Below are positions 30,137 through 40,643 of a stretch of DNA of 64,000 nucleotides, in pieces. The notes beneath the pieces are model-generated. The model worked only from the letters and a program-made list of their open reading frames with translations, was not told the origin of the DNA and did not search any database. The stretch spans positions 1 to 64,000 of the forward strand of contig JAADIO010000046.1 in assembly GCA_013151235.1 (NCBI GenBank), read 5' to 3'. This DNA is from Deltaproteobacteria bacterium. Lineage in GTDB: Bacteria; CG2-30-53-67. The position numbers and the translations under genes were made by a program. Each line of letters starts with the position of its first letter. Position 1 is the stretch's first letter.

Positions 30137-31999
30137 ATGGGTAAAGTCATCGGTGTGGATTTGGGGACCACGAATTCCTGTGTCGCTGTTCTGGAGGGGA
30201 GAGAACCGAAGGTGATTGAGAGCGCGGAGGGGAACCGTACCACACCTTCCATGGTTGCCTTTACGGAAAGCGGAGAACGACTGGTCGGACAGGTGGCCAA
30301 ACGGCAGGCGGTGACCAATCCGGAAAACACCGTCTTTTCGGTCAAGCGGTTTATCGGGCGGAAGCATCTTTCCATGGAGGTTCAGAAGGCGGCCGAGGAT
30401 CTTCCCTTTCAGCTCAAAGAGGCGCCCAATGGCGATGTCCAGGTCAGCATCCGGGGGAAGGAGTACAGCCCCCCCGAAATTTCCGCCATGGTTTTGCAGA
30501 AGCTGAAACAGACGGCTGAGGACTATTTCGGTGAACCGATCTCCGAAGCGGTGATTACCGTTCCGGCCTATTTTAATGACAGTCAACGTCAGGCCACCAA
30601 AGATGCCGGCCGGATTGCGGGTCTCGATGTCCTGCGGATTATTAATGAACCGACGGCGGCCTCCCTGGCCTACGGCCTGGAGAAAAAACGGGATGAATTA
30701 GTTGCCGTCTATGATCTTGGCGGGGGCACTTTTGATATCTCCATCCTGGAGATCGGGGAGGGGGTCATCGAGGTCAAGGCGACCAATGGGGATACCTATC
30801 TCGGAGGAGAGGATTTTGATCTGCGTGTGATTGATTATCTCGCTGCGGAATTCAAGAAAGATCAGGGAATTGACCTTCGACGTGACAAAATGGCGTTACA
30901 ACGCCTGAAGGAGGGAGCGGAAAAGGCCAAGATCGAACTCTCCGCAACCACAGAGACGGAAATCAATCTTCCTTTTATTACGGCCGACGCAACCGGTCCG
31001 AAACATCTGAATATCAAGCTCACCCGGGCGAAATTGGAAGACCTGGTTCGGGATTTTGTGGAGCGCACCGTTGCACCCTGCAAGCAGGCCATGGAAGATG
31101 CGGGGGTTGAGCCTGAGGAGATTGATGAGGTCATTCTGGTGGGGGGACAGATCCGGATGCCTTTGGTGCAGGTAACGGTCGAAAGAATTTTTGGGAAGAA
31201 GCCGTTGAAAGGGGTGAATCCCGATGAGGTTGTCGCCGCCGGTGCGGCGATCCAGGGCGGTGTCTTAAAGGGCGATGTGGAAGACATGCTCCTGCTGGAT
31301 GTGACTCCGCTCTCCCTGGGAATCGAAACCGTTGGTGGTGTGTTTACGAAACTGATCGGCCGGAATACGACGATTCCCACGAAAAAAAGTCAGGTCTTTT
31401 CAACGGCTTCCGACAATCAGCCTGCCGTCAGTGTCCATGTGTTGCAGGGAGAACGGGACATGGCCGAGGACAATAAATCCCTCGGCCGATTTGAACTGGT
31501 GGGGATTCCTCCGGCGCCGCGCGGGGTTCCGCAGATTGAAGTCACCTTTGATATTGATGCAAACGGGATTGTCCATGTTTCGGCGAAGGACAAGGGGACC
31601 GGCAAGGAACAATCGATCAAACTGACGGCCTCCAGCGGACTGTCGGAAGAAGAAATCCGGAAATTGATCCGGGATGCCGAAGCCCACCAGCAGGAAGATG
31701 CCCGCCGCAAAGAGTTAGCGGATACACGGCATGCCTGTGAATCTCTGATTTACAATACGGAGCGTTCTTTGAGGGAATACTATGACAAAATCGATCCGGA
31801 TGATCGTTCGTCGATTGAAGAGTCTCTGGCGAAGGCAAAAGAAGTTGTGCAGGGGGATGATGCCGTGCTGATTCGTAAGGCGACGGACGGGTTAAGTAAA
31901 AGCTCTTATAAGTTTGTCGAACAGATTTATCGGAATCCTTCCGTGTCCGAAGGACCGGACCTGCAGGACCATCCCTCGGATGAAACCGTGACCTCTTAA
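30137..31999 (+). CDS. dnaK: Chaperone DnaK (Hsp70)
   Basis: [42 protein letters not shown]. Confidence 0.97.
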   Translation: MGKVIGVDLGTTNSCVAVLEGREPKVIESAEGNRTTPSMVAFTESGERLVGQVAKRQAVTNPENTVFSVKRFIGRKHLSMEVQKAAEDLPFQLKEAPNGDVQVSIRGKEYSPPEISAMVLQKLKQTAEDYFGEPISEAVITVPAYFNDSQRQATKDAGRIAGLDVLRIINEPTAASLAYGLEKKRDELVAVYDLGGGTFDISILEIGEGVIEVKATNGDTYLGGEDFDLRVIDYLAAEFKKDQGIDLRRDKMALQRLKEGAEKAKIELSATTETEINLPFITADATGPKHLNIKLTRAKLEDLVRDFVERTVAPCKQAMEDAGVEPEEIDEVILVGGQIRMPLVQVTVERIFGKKPLKGVNPDEVVAAGAAIQGGVLKGDVEDMLLLDVTPLSLGIETVGGVFTKLIGRNTTIPTKKSQVFSTASDNQPAVSVHVLQGERDMAEDNKSLGRFELVGIPPAPRGVPQIEVTFDIDANGIVHVSAKDKGTGKEQSIKLTASSGLSEEEIRKLIRDAEAHQQEDARRKELADTRHACESLIYNTERSLREYYDKIDPDDRSSIEESLAKAKEVVQGDDAVLIRKATDGLSKSSYKFVEQIYRNPSVSEGPDLQDHPSDETVTS

Positions 32000-32053
32000 T
32001 ATTATCTATCAAAATCCGTATACGATCTGATGTAGCGGGTAAAAGAGAAGTGA

Positions 32054-33178
32054 ATGTCTATGGCTGCAAAAAAAGATTATTATGAAGTTCTGGACGTGAA
32101 TTCGAATGCGACCGATGCGGAAATCAAGAAGGCCTATCGGCGCCTTGCATTAAAGTATCATCCCGACAAGAATCCGGACAACCGGGAGGCGGAGGAACGT
32201 TTCAAAGAACTGAGCGAGGCCTATGAGGTTCTTTCCGATCCGCAAAAACGGGCGACCTACGACCAGTTTGGTCACACCATGAATGCGGAAGGCTTCGGAG
32301 GGTTCCGCACGGAGGGGTTTGGCGGTTTTGGAGATGTTTTTGGAGACATCTTTAGTGATTTTTTCGGAGGGGCGGGGGCTTCGGCCTCCCGTACACGGCG
32401 TCCGCAGCGGGGCGCAGACCTCCGGTATACTCTGGAAATTGATTTTGAACAGGCCATGACCGGTCTGGAAACGCGTATTGAAATTCCCCGGATGGAAGTC
32501 TGCGGGGAGTGCCGGGGGACGCGGAGTGAGGGAGGGCGCCCTCCTGATCCTTGCTCCACCTGTCACGGCAGTGGGCAGGTTCGTTATCAGCAGGGGTTCT
32601 TCAGTATCAGCCGAACCTGCAGTCAATGCGGCGGAGAGGGCGTGATCATTACGCGTCCCTGCCGGAAATGCCGTGGCACAGGGCAGGTTCGTGCGACACG
32701 GGAAACGACCGTCAAAATTCCCGCGGGAGTTGAGACCGGGACCCGCCTACGACTAAGTGGGGAGGGAGAGGCGGGCATCCACAACGGCCCCCGGGGGGAC
32801 CTCTATGTCGTGATCCGTGTGCGGGATCATCCCTTCTTCACCCGGGAAGAATACGATCTCCTCTGTGAGGTTCCGATCAGTTTTGTCCAGGCGGCACTGG
32901 GGGCCGAGATTGAAGTTCCCATGCTCTCCGGGAAGGAGCGGATTGAGATTGCCCCCGGCACGCAGAGCGGGACGGTGCATGTGATGAAGGGGAAGGGATT
33001 CCCGTATCTGCATGGCCGAGGCGTGGGAGATCAGCGCATTACCATTCAGGTAGAGACACCGACACATCTGAACACGAAACAGCGTGAGCTTCTGGAAGAA
33101 TTTGCACGAATCAGCGGAGAGGATGTACACCCCATCAGCCGGAGTTTTTTGGAAAAGGTGAAGTCTCTTTTCGGGTAA
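32054..33178 (+). CDS. dnaJ: Chaperone DnaJ
   Basis: HPD J-domain, G/F region, four CxxCxGxG-type repeats. Confidence 0.97.
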   Translation: MSMAAKKDYYEVLDVNSNATDAEIKKAYRRLALKYHPDKNPDNREAEERFKELSEAYEVLSDPQKRATYDQFGHTMNAEGFGGFRTEGFGGFGDVFGDIFSDFFGGAGASASRTRRPQRGADLRYTLEIDFEQAMTGLETRIEIPRMEVCGECRGTRSEGGRPPDPCSTCHGSGQVRYQQGFFSISRTCSQCGGEGVIITRPCRKCRGTGQVRATRETTVKIPAGVETGTRLRLSGEGEAGIHNGPRGDLYVVIRVRDHPFFTREEYDLLCEVPISFVQAALGAEIEVPMLSGKERIEIAPGTQSGTVHVMKGKGFPYLHGRGVGDQRITIQVETPTHLNTKQRELLEEFARISGEDVHPISRSFLEKVKSLFG

Positions 33179-33307
33179 TCTCTTCTGCTGGACTCTTCTC
33201 CCGTTCCCTTGTCTTCCGGGTTACTGTTCATGATTCCAGAGCGGTCATCCCTCTCCGGGGGTGGGGTGCGGAGAGCCGGTGCGAGGTGTGAGATCGGACA
33301 TCCGTCT

Positions 33308-34069
33308 GTGCGATATTTTTTTGTAAAACCGGATGATGTGACGGCATCAGGGTTGGTGTTGCAGCAGGAGGTCGCTCACTATCTTCGTCATGTTCTGCGT
33401 AAGCGTCCGGGAGATCTCCTTCACGTTTCGGATGGTGTTGTCGCAGTCTACCGTGTCGTCATCGAGGGGTTCACAAAAGAGGAAGTCCGCTGCCGAATCA
33501 AGGAGCAATCCCCTCTTCCTGATCCGCCGTCCCCCCGAATACAGCTTCTCACGTCGTTGCCCAAGGGGAATCGAATGGACTGGCTGGTGCAGAAATCAAC
33601 CGAGGTCGGCGTTGCGGAGATCAAGCCGGTGTCCATGAAGCGTTCGGTCCGGGAAATCACTTCGAAAAAGTTGGATCACTGGATGCGCCGATGGGCAAAG
33701 ATCGCCGGAGCGGCCGCCGGTCAATCTGGTCGTGCGGAAGTTCCGGTATTGCATGCCCCGCGGCCCTTTTCGGAGGTTTTGTCTTCTCTGAAAGATGTTT
33801 CCCTGAAGTTCTTTGCGGATCCGGAAGAGGGGAGGACCTTCTATGACCGGTTCACCCGTATGCCGTTGCCCCGAAGGATCGCCATTGTTGTGGGCCCGGA
33901 AGGGGGGATGACGAATGAGGAAAAGGAACTCCTTCAGCAAAATGGTTTTGCATCCCTTACGCTCGGTCATACAATCCTCCGGGTCGAAACGGCAGGTATC
34001 CTGGCCGTCGCCCTGGCCCGATACGAGTGGCAGCGGAGAGAGCCGTCCCGGGGAAAATTGTCATTATGA
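33308..34069 (+). CDS. rsmE: 16S rRNA m3U1498 methyltransferase RsmE
   Basis: HYLRHVLR, QKSTEVGV, GPEGG, ILRVETA; GTG start inferred. Confidence 0.93.
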   Translation: MRYFFVKPDDVTASGLVLQQEVAHYLRHVLRKRPGDLLHVSDGVVAVYRVVIEGFTKEEVRCRIKEQSPLPDPPSPRIQLLTSLPKGNRMDWLVQKSTEVGVAEIKPVSMKRSVREITSKKLDHWMRRWAKIAGAAAGQSGRAEVPVLHAPRPFSEVLSSLKDVSLKFFADPEEGRTFYDRFTRMPLPRRIAIVVGPEGGMTNEEKELLQQNGFASLTLGHTILRVETAGILAVALARYEWQRREPSRGKLSL

Positions 34070-35244
34070 AATATTTTTCTTTCAAGGTCCTCTACATCAG
34101 TGTTTTTGCTCCGTCGATTCTCTATCTCCTGACCTTGCCTTATCTTGAGCACTTCCTTCAGCAGGCCCTGACCCGGGAGATCCGGAAGAACATGATCCGT
34201 CATGAACTTACTCTTATGGAAGGGAAAACCAGTCTTTACGAGGAAGTGAACCGCAACGTTTCCGAGACGCTGAAGAAGAGCTATGCAATCCGTGCCGGGC
34301 TGGAGGTTCGGGTACGGATCGTGGATGAAAATGATAACGTAATTTATCCTTATTATGAGTATCTCCTGTTTACGTTACATGTGCAGAAGGAAAAGGGTGT
34401 TGGTACGGCCGGTGCCCTGTTTGATGCCAAAGGTTTTGCCCGGCGCAGGGAGCCGTCCGAGGTGGAAGATTTTCTCCAGGCTTTCTCTGATTATTTCCGG
34501 GGGATGACGGTAACGGTCTCCGCGAAGATCCCCGTGACTTCCTGGATCGGGAGCGGAACGCTGCTCCTTTACATTGCCTTGACATTGTTCCTTCTCTCTC
34601 TTTATTATCGGCGTACCTCCGCCCGGGAAGAAAAGCGGCTTCGGGAAATTACCGAGAGCCTGGAAGCGGAGAAACGAACGGCATCGCAGATCGAGTCGGA
34701 ACTGCATGTCGCCCGGAATCGCTTACAGGAGATCCAGTCGCAGGAAGAGGAATGGCTGAAAGAGGTCGAACGTCTCGAAGGAGAAAAACATTCCCTGGAG
34801 GATGAACTTCTGGATACACTTGAGCAGACGGAAGAGCAGAAAGAGATCATTGGGGAACTGAAGAATCAGGTAATTAAGAAGGCAGGGAAAAAGTCCAAAG
34901 GCGTTAAAGAGGAAGAGGCGCTTTCCAGCCGGTTTTCGAAACTCTATAGAAATCTGGAGTTTGATCGGAAAGCGTTGGAAGACCTGGTGCGGCTTGGAAG
35001 CAAAGACCGGCAGTTACAGGCCGAGGAGATTTTGAAACGGCTCAATGACAAGGATCCGAGTCTGAAAGTTCGCAGAAAAATTGCCGGGATAGAGAAGTGT
35101 GACGCCTATGAACTCGGGTTTGGTTCTTCCGGACGGATCTATTATCTTGCCGCCCGGAACGGAAAATACCGTATCCTCCGTATCGGGACCAAGACCAGTC
35201 AGAGCAAGGATCTGGCCTATCTCCAGGGAATGCGGAAATCGTAA
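34066..35244 (+). CDS. Hypothetical membrane protein: two TM helices, coiled coil, C-terminal RelE/ParE-like domain
   Basis: Hydrophobic segments near 34080-34150 and 34540-34610; E/K/Q/L-rich coiled coil at 34620-34880; C-terminal ~95 aa with RelE-like pattern; overlaps the rsmE stop. Confidence 0.7.
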   Translation: MKYFSFKVLYISVFAPSILYLLTLPYLEHFLQQALTREIRKNMIRHELTLMEGKTSLYEEVNRNVSETLKKSYAIRAGLEVRVRIVDENDNVIYPYYEYLLFTLHVQKEKGVGTAGALFDAKGFARRREPSEVEDFLQAFSDYFRGMTVTVSAKIPVTSWIGSGTLLLYIALTLFLLSLYYRRTSAREEKRLREITESLEAEKRTASQIESELHVARNRLQEIQSQEEEWLKEVERLEGEKHSLEDELLDTLEQTEEQKEIIGELKNQVIKKAGKKSKGVKEEEALSSRFSKLYRNLEFDRKALEDLVRLGSKDRQLQAEEILKRLNDKDPSLKVRRKIAGIEKCDAYELGFGSSGRIYYLAARNGKYRILRIGTKTSQSKDLAYLQGMRKS

Positions 35245-35248
35245 CCGA

Positions 35249-36633
35249 TCAGGGCCGCTCAGTCGATGATTCGGTCACCTCCCGGATGGCCGATTTGGTG
35301 ACGGCCACGGTTTCCATGATCTCGTCCGGGGTGATGCAGAGCGGCGGCATGAGGACGATCACATCTCCCAGCGGACGGATCATCAATCCCCTCTTTCGGG
35401 CGGCCAGGATCACCCGGTGTCCGATCCTCTCTCCGGGAGGATAGGGTGCCTTCGTGGCCCGGTCCCGCACCAGTTCGATTCCAACCATGAACCCTTTTCT
35501 TCGAATCTCACCCACGTGAAGACAGGTCGTTAACTTTTCCAGTTCTTCCGCCAGTAAACGGATCTTTCCCTGAAGTTTTTCCAGGATTTTTTCCGTATTG
35601 AAAATGTCAAGATTCGCCAAGGCGGCGGCACAGGCCAGCGGGTTTCCGGTATAGGTGTGTCCGTGAAAAAAGGTCTTGAATTCTTCGTAGCGGCCGAGAA
35701 AGGCATCGTAGATCTCTTGGGAGCCAGGGTGGCAGCGAGAGGAAGTACCCCGCCGGTAATCCCCTTGGCCATGCAGAGAAGGTCCGGTTCGACCTCCTCC
35801 TGTTCACAGGCGAAGAGGGTCCCGGTCCTTCCGAAGCCGGTGGCCACTTCGTCGGTGATCATCAGGATGTTGAAACGATCACAGATTTCCCGGACACGTT
35901 TCAGATAACCCGTCGGTGCCGTGATCATCCCTGCGGCGCCCTGCACCAGCGGTTCGATGATCAACGCTGCGATTTTCTCCTGCTCCCGTGAGACCTGTTC
36001 TTCAAGTTGGTCGGCGCAGGCCAGTCGACAGGAAGGAAACTCCCGTTCTAGTGGGCAGCGGTAGCAGTACGGAGAGGGAGCGAAGGAGCAGGAAAAAAGG
36101 AGAGGACGAAAAATCTCATGAAAGAGCGAGATCCCTCCGACACTGACCGAACCGAGGGTGTCTCCATGATAGGAGTTGGTGAGCGCCATGAATCGTGTTT
36201 TTCGGTTTTCCTTCCCTTCCGTATGCCGGAAATACTGGAAGGCCATCTTCAGGGCGATCTCCACGGCGGTGGAACCGCTGTCTGAATAAAAAACCTTCTT
36301 CAGGGAGCTTGGCGTGATGGCCACCAGTCGTTCCGCCAGCTCGATGGCGGGGACATTGGACAGACCGAGCAAGGTGGAGTGAGAGACCCGGTCGATCTGT
36401 GCCTTGACGGCTTCATCAATCTCTTTTTTACGGTGTCCATGCACATTGACCCAGAGGGAGGAAACCCCGTCGATATATCGGTGCCCTTCGATATCGATCA
36501 GGACGGCCCCCTCTGCGCGGTCGATAATGACCGGTTCCTCCTCGGCATATTCCTGCATCTGGGTAAACGGATGCCAGAGAAATTTCCGGTCCTTGTCTTT
36601 TAATTGTGCGAAGGTGTCTTGTTGCGGATTCAT
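35249..36633 (-). pseudogene. bioA: Adenosylmethionine-8-amino-7-oxononanoate aminotransferase with a 1-bp frameshift near 35720
   Basis: WHPFTQM, SGSTAVEIALKMA, DEVATGFGRTG, AKGITGG; after ATLA the sequence QEIYDAF...FFHGHTYTGNPLAC continues in another frame. Confidence 0.9.
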
Positions 36634-36773
36634 TCAGTTTCTCCCGGTGCGGAAAGATGCCGGTGAGGGAAAGGGCATCCGTCGATGATGATCATATTGA
36701 TGATACAAGATCTCTATGATAAAATGAAACAAGCAGAAGAGCAATAGTGAAGTGATCAACTTCCGGAGCAAAG

Positions 36774-37331
36774 GTGATGGCAAAGACGAATCCGGTACCC
36801 GGGATGAAGAGGTTCTTTCGGAAACTAACCCTCCGCTGTTTTAATGAACTGCTGATTAAAAACCGGATTGCCGTCGACTATCTTTCGAGTCTCCTCGCCC
36901 GTTTCGCCGGGACCGACGAGCTCTACAAGATCCGGAATGTTGCGGGCAAGAAACTGGAATATCTGATCGACTTCATGATGGAAATACAGGACACCCGGGA
37001 CTTGTCGACGGAGCGGTTCAGTCCCTTCCGGGAAAGAGAGATCAAGCAGCATATCGGAGACTACACCCTTTTCATGACGGGAATCTTCCGGGATTTTGTG
37101 ACCCACCGTTCCGCCATGACGTATTTTACCAGTCAGGGGAAACTCTCCTACGCCTCCGTTTCCGATTTCGACCGGATTGCGGACCGGGAGGAGTCGGACA
37201 TCTTTAAAGATCTTTCCATGAGTTTTGAAGATTACGCCTTTGTCCTCGACTACATGAAAAAGGTTCACTTCAAGGATGCACAGGTTCTGGGTCCTTACCG
37301 GGCTGGTCTCCAACGGCTGGATGAGTGGTAG
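36774..37331 (+). CDS. Conserved hypothetical protein
   Basis: Clean ORF followed by a terminator; motif QHIGDYTLFMTGIF. Confidence 0.7.
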   Translation: MMAKTNPVPGMKRFFRKLTLRCFNELLIKNRIAVDYLSSLLARFAGTDELYKIRNVAGKKLEYLIDFMMEIQDTRDLSTERFSPFREREIKQHIGDYTLFMTGIFRDFVTHRSAMTYFTSQGKLSYASVSDFDRIADREESDIFKDLSMSFEDYAFVLDYMKKVHFKDAQVLGPYRAGLQRLDEW

Positions 37332-37348
37332 GAAAAATCGGAAAAATT

Positions 37349-37382
37349 AAAAAGCCCCGCCTTCAAGGCGGGGCTTTTTTTT
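37349..37382. terminator. Bidirectional terminator between convergent genes
   Basis: AAAAAGCCCCGCC-TTCAA-GGCGGGGCTTTTTTTT. Confidence 0.9.
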
Positions 37383-37394
37383 GTGGAATGGGCG

Positions 37395-38483
37395 CTATTG
37401 CAGACAGGTATCCGGTACATCATCACAAGTAGCGTAGTGCTTGGTTTCGTCCTTGAAAGTGATGTTCACCCCGGGGTTCAAAGCGGTGATTGTGACTGTT
37501 GTATTGCTGCCTTGTACGGAAAACTCCCCTCCAAAAGGGCAAGTGCTGAAGGTCTCCGGCATTGCGATCGGCTTGATGGTCGTGATTTTTACCCATCCAT
37601 CCATGCAGGTGGTGCGTACCAGTCCATCCAGGGTTGTGGAACAATAATATCCGTAATGCGCATCATATTTTTTGTCAATGTGCAGCGAGAAATTGTTAAA
37701 GGCAATGCTTGCATTCTCACCGTCAATTGTGCCGGATATGCTTCCGTTCAGGAGCGCGTCCATCTGGGGAATGTCAACTTCAGAAGAACCGGCATTCACA
37801 ACGAGATTTGAAATGTCGATGGTGAAATGATCGAACTCTGCCGTCAGTGTTTCCGCTGGGTCGTCAATGGTCCCATTCATGGTGATGCTCATGGAGGAGG
37901 GCGTCCCTGCCAGAAGATCGCAGGATCTACCGGGGAAGGAGACACTCATTGTCCCGTCAATGGTTACACCCATCTCCGTGCAATTGTTGGATGTGATCTC
38001 CATCGTAACATCGCTCATCTGACTGCATTCCGTCACCGAGCCCATGGGAGGTCCAATCCATTGCATGGAAATACTTTCTTTTCCTCCTGAAGCACAAGGG
38101 CTGTTTTCCTCGGAATATGAACTCAGTGCCGATACGCTGCCTTGTTCCATTTTATTTGCAACTCGATGGATCAGGGTTTGGAGATTCCCCAACAGATCCT
38201 GCCGACGATCCGTAGAAAGTGACCCGGCTGTACTGGATGAAGTCGAGTCCCCCGCGTTGACTACCTCTCCGATCAAGGGAAGTGCAGACAGGACCTCTGC
38301 CGGTTCGGCCGAGTTATTCTGAGTTAACGTTGCATTTGCCTGCGGTGAGGTATTCTCTGTAAATGTGGTGCCACTACTTCCTCCCCCTCCACCACCTCCT
38401 CCACAACCACCCTGAATAAAAGGTAAAAAAGCGAAAACGATCAGTAAGATAAGACATGACGAAAAAAATCTTTGCTTCATCAT
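37395..38483 (-). CDS. Putative surface lipoprotein, Ser/Thr/Cys-rich
   Basis: Signal peptide with lipobox-like IQGG-C followed by poly-Gly; GGAGG RBS; beta-rich body. Confidence 0.75.
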   Translation of the reverse strand: MMKQRFFSSCLILLIVFAFLPFIQGGCGGGGGGGGSSGTTFTENTSPQANATLTQNNSAEPAEVLSALPLIGEVVNAGDSTSSSTAGSLSTDRRQDLLGNLQTLIHRVANKMEQGSVSALSSYSEENSPCASGGKESISMQWIGPPMGSVTECSQMSDVTMEITSNNCTEMGVTIDGTMSVSFPGRSCDLLAGTPSSMSITMNGTIDDPAETLTAEFDHFTIDISNLVVNAGSSEVDIPQMDALLNGSISGTIDGENASIAFNNFSLHIDKKYDAHYGYYCSTTLDGLVRTTCMDGWVKITTIKPIAMPETFSTCPFGGEFSVQGSNTTVTITALNPGVNITFKDETKHYATCDDVPDTCLQ

Positions 38484-38669
38484 TCATCCCTCCTAAATTA
38501 GCATAGAATAAATATGGGGTTGATTATATCCAATAAATGCGATTTGTCAAATGTTGACATTTTGGAGTTGTATTTGTGGCATTATGAGGTGATTGCTCTT
38601 GGATCAAATTACGGAAAGCCGAATAAGAATTCTTTGAAAAATCCTTCGTACGATCCGGTTTCTTTTTTC

Positions 38670-38714
38670 CGAACCATGAACGGAATCCGGAAAACGACTT
38701 TTTACGACACCATC
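38670..38714 (-). mobile_element. Partial MITE copy (one end only)
   Basis: CGAACCATGAACGGAATCCGGAAAACGACTTTTTACGACACCATC is nearly identical to the end of the 51636-51790 copy. Confidence 0.8.
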
Positions 38715-38907
38715 AAAAGTGGGGTTCTGACTTTTCATATAGACAGGAAGAATCTGAATATGGTATAAAACAAATCTTACACTAATTTATGCAGGAATGC
38801 AGCGACCTGATTCATCCTTGCCGTTCGGTACAAATCGCGGGCTTGTATCTTTCCGGGAGACTCCGAAACAACCGGAAACCAGGAACCATACACTGGAAGG
38901 AGTTGCT

Positions 38908-40521
38908 ATGCAGATTCAACAGACAATCAATAAAAAGGTTGGTCTCGACCACCACGGGATCAAGAATGTCGGGAATGTCTACTGGAACCTGACAACGGGC
39001 GCCCTCTATGAGGAGGTGGTGCGCCGACGGGAAGGAGTGATTCTTCATCGCGGGCCGATTGCCGTCAAAACGGGCCATTTTACCGGACGTGCGGCGGATG
39101 AAAAATTCATCGTCCGGGAACCCTCCAGTGAGAATCACGTCTGGTGGGGGAAGGTGAACCGCCCGATTGAAGAGGATAAGGTGGATGCACTGTTTCATCG
39201 TCTTCTGGCCTATATGCAGGGGAAGGACCTCTATGTGCAGGATTGTTTCGCCGGCGCGGACCCGAAGTACAAGGTTCCGATCCGGATCATTACGGAGACG
39301 GCCTGGCACAATCTCTTTGCCCGGAATATGTTCATCCAGATCAACGAGAAAGAAGACCTCGAAAATCATGTGCCGGAGTGTACCATTCTGAATGTTCCTC
39401 ATTTCCATGCCAACCCGGAACTGGACGGCACAAACTCCGAGGCCTTCATCATTGTCAATTTCGGAAAGAAGCTGATTCTCATCGGCGGAACCAGCTACGC
39501 CGGGGAGATCAAGAAGTCGGTCTTTACGATCCTGAATTATTTTCTTCCGAGAGAAGAGAAGGTCCTTCCGATGCACTGCTCGGCCAACGTGGGAAAGGAT
39601 GAAGATGTGGCCATCTTTTTCGGATTGTCCGGAACGGGCAAAACCACACTTTCCGCCGATCCGGAACGGCGCCTGATCGGTGATGACGAGCATGGCTGGA
39701 GCGACCGGGGGGTCTTTAATTTCGAGGGGGGCTGCTACGCCAAGGTGATCCGGCTCTCCGAGGAGGCGGAACCGCAGATCTACCGCTGTACCCGGCGGTT
39801 CGGAACGATCCTGGAGAACGTTGCCGTCGATTCGGAGACGCGGCGGGTCGACCTTGATGACGCGACCTTTACCGAGAATACCCGGGCGGCTTATCATATC
39901 TCGGCCATTAAGGATTCCGTCCTTTCCGGTGTTGGAGATCATCCGAAAAATATTCTCATGCTGACCTGTGATGCCTTCGGGGTCATGCCGCCCGTGGCAC
40001 GCCTGACACCGGAACAGGCTATGTATCATTTTCTGTCCGGTTATACCGCCAAGGTCGGCGGTACCGAGAAGGGGATGGGGAACGAACCGCAGGCAACCTT
40101 CAGTACCTGTTTCGGTGCTCCCTTCATGGCGCTTCCCCCCAGTGTCTATGCAATCATGCTGGGAGAAAAGGTCCGGAAGTACAACGTTGATTGCTGGCTG
40201 GTGAATACCGGCTGGACCGGAGGACCCTACGGGGTGGGAAAACGGATGAATATCGGCCACACCCGTGCCATTGTCCGGGCGATCATTAACGGACGGCTCA
40301 GGGAAGCGGAAACGGAGAAAGATCTTCATTTCGGGCTCCATGTTCCTCTCGCCTGTCCGGACGTCCCGCAGGAAATTCTTCATGCAAGAAATACCTGGGA
40401 AGACCCTTCCGCCTATGACAAAAAAGCCGCCGAACTGGCCGGCCTTTTTCGGAAGAACTTTGAAAAATATGCAGAGGATGTCTCGGAGGACGTTCTCCGT
40501 TCCGGACCGAAAGCGGGTTAG
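38908..40521 (+). CDS. pckA: Phosphoenolpyruvate carboxykinase (ATP)
   Basis: YAGEIKKS, MHCSAN, FFGLSGTGKTTLS, GDDEHGW, FEGGCYAK. Confidence 0.97.
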   Translation: MQIQQTINKKVGLDHHGIKNVGNVYWNLTTGALYEEVVRRREGVILHRGPIAVKTGHFTGRAADEKFIVREPSSENHVWWGKVNRPIEEDKVDALFHRLLAYMQGKDLYVQDCFAGADPKYKVPIRIITETAWHNLFARNMFIQINEKEDLENHVPECTILNVPHFHANPELDGTNSEAFIIVNFGKKLILIGGTSYAGEIKKSVFTILNYFLPREEKVLPMHCSANVGKDEDVAIFFGLSGTGKTTLSADPERRLIGDDEHGWSDRGVFNFEGGCYAKVIRLSEEAEPQIYRCTRRFGTILENVAVDSETRRVDLDDATFTENTRAAYHISAIKDSVLSGVGDHPKNILMLTCDAFGVMPPVARLTPEQAMYHFLSGYTAKVGGTEKGMGNEPQATFSTCFGAPFMALPPSVYAIMLGEKVRKYNVDCWLVNTGWTGGPYGVGKRMNIGHTRAIVRAIINGRLREAETEKDLHFGLHVPLACPDVPQEILHARNTWEDPSAYDKKAAELAGLFRKNFEKYAEDVSEDVLRSGPKAG

Positions 40522-40643
40522 CGGCCTTCCCTGTGCCTGAAGGATTGCCCCGGTAGCTGAGCGTTATCTGCAACGAGTTATGCGGCATCGCTGGGAAATC
40601 ACCCGGCGGTACTGTGCCGCCTCTTACGGAATCGATTCCGTCC

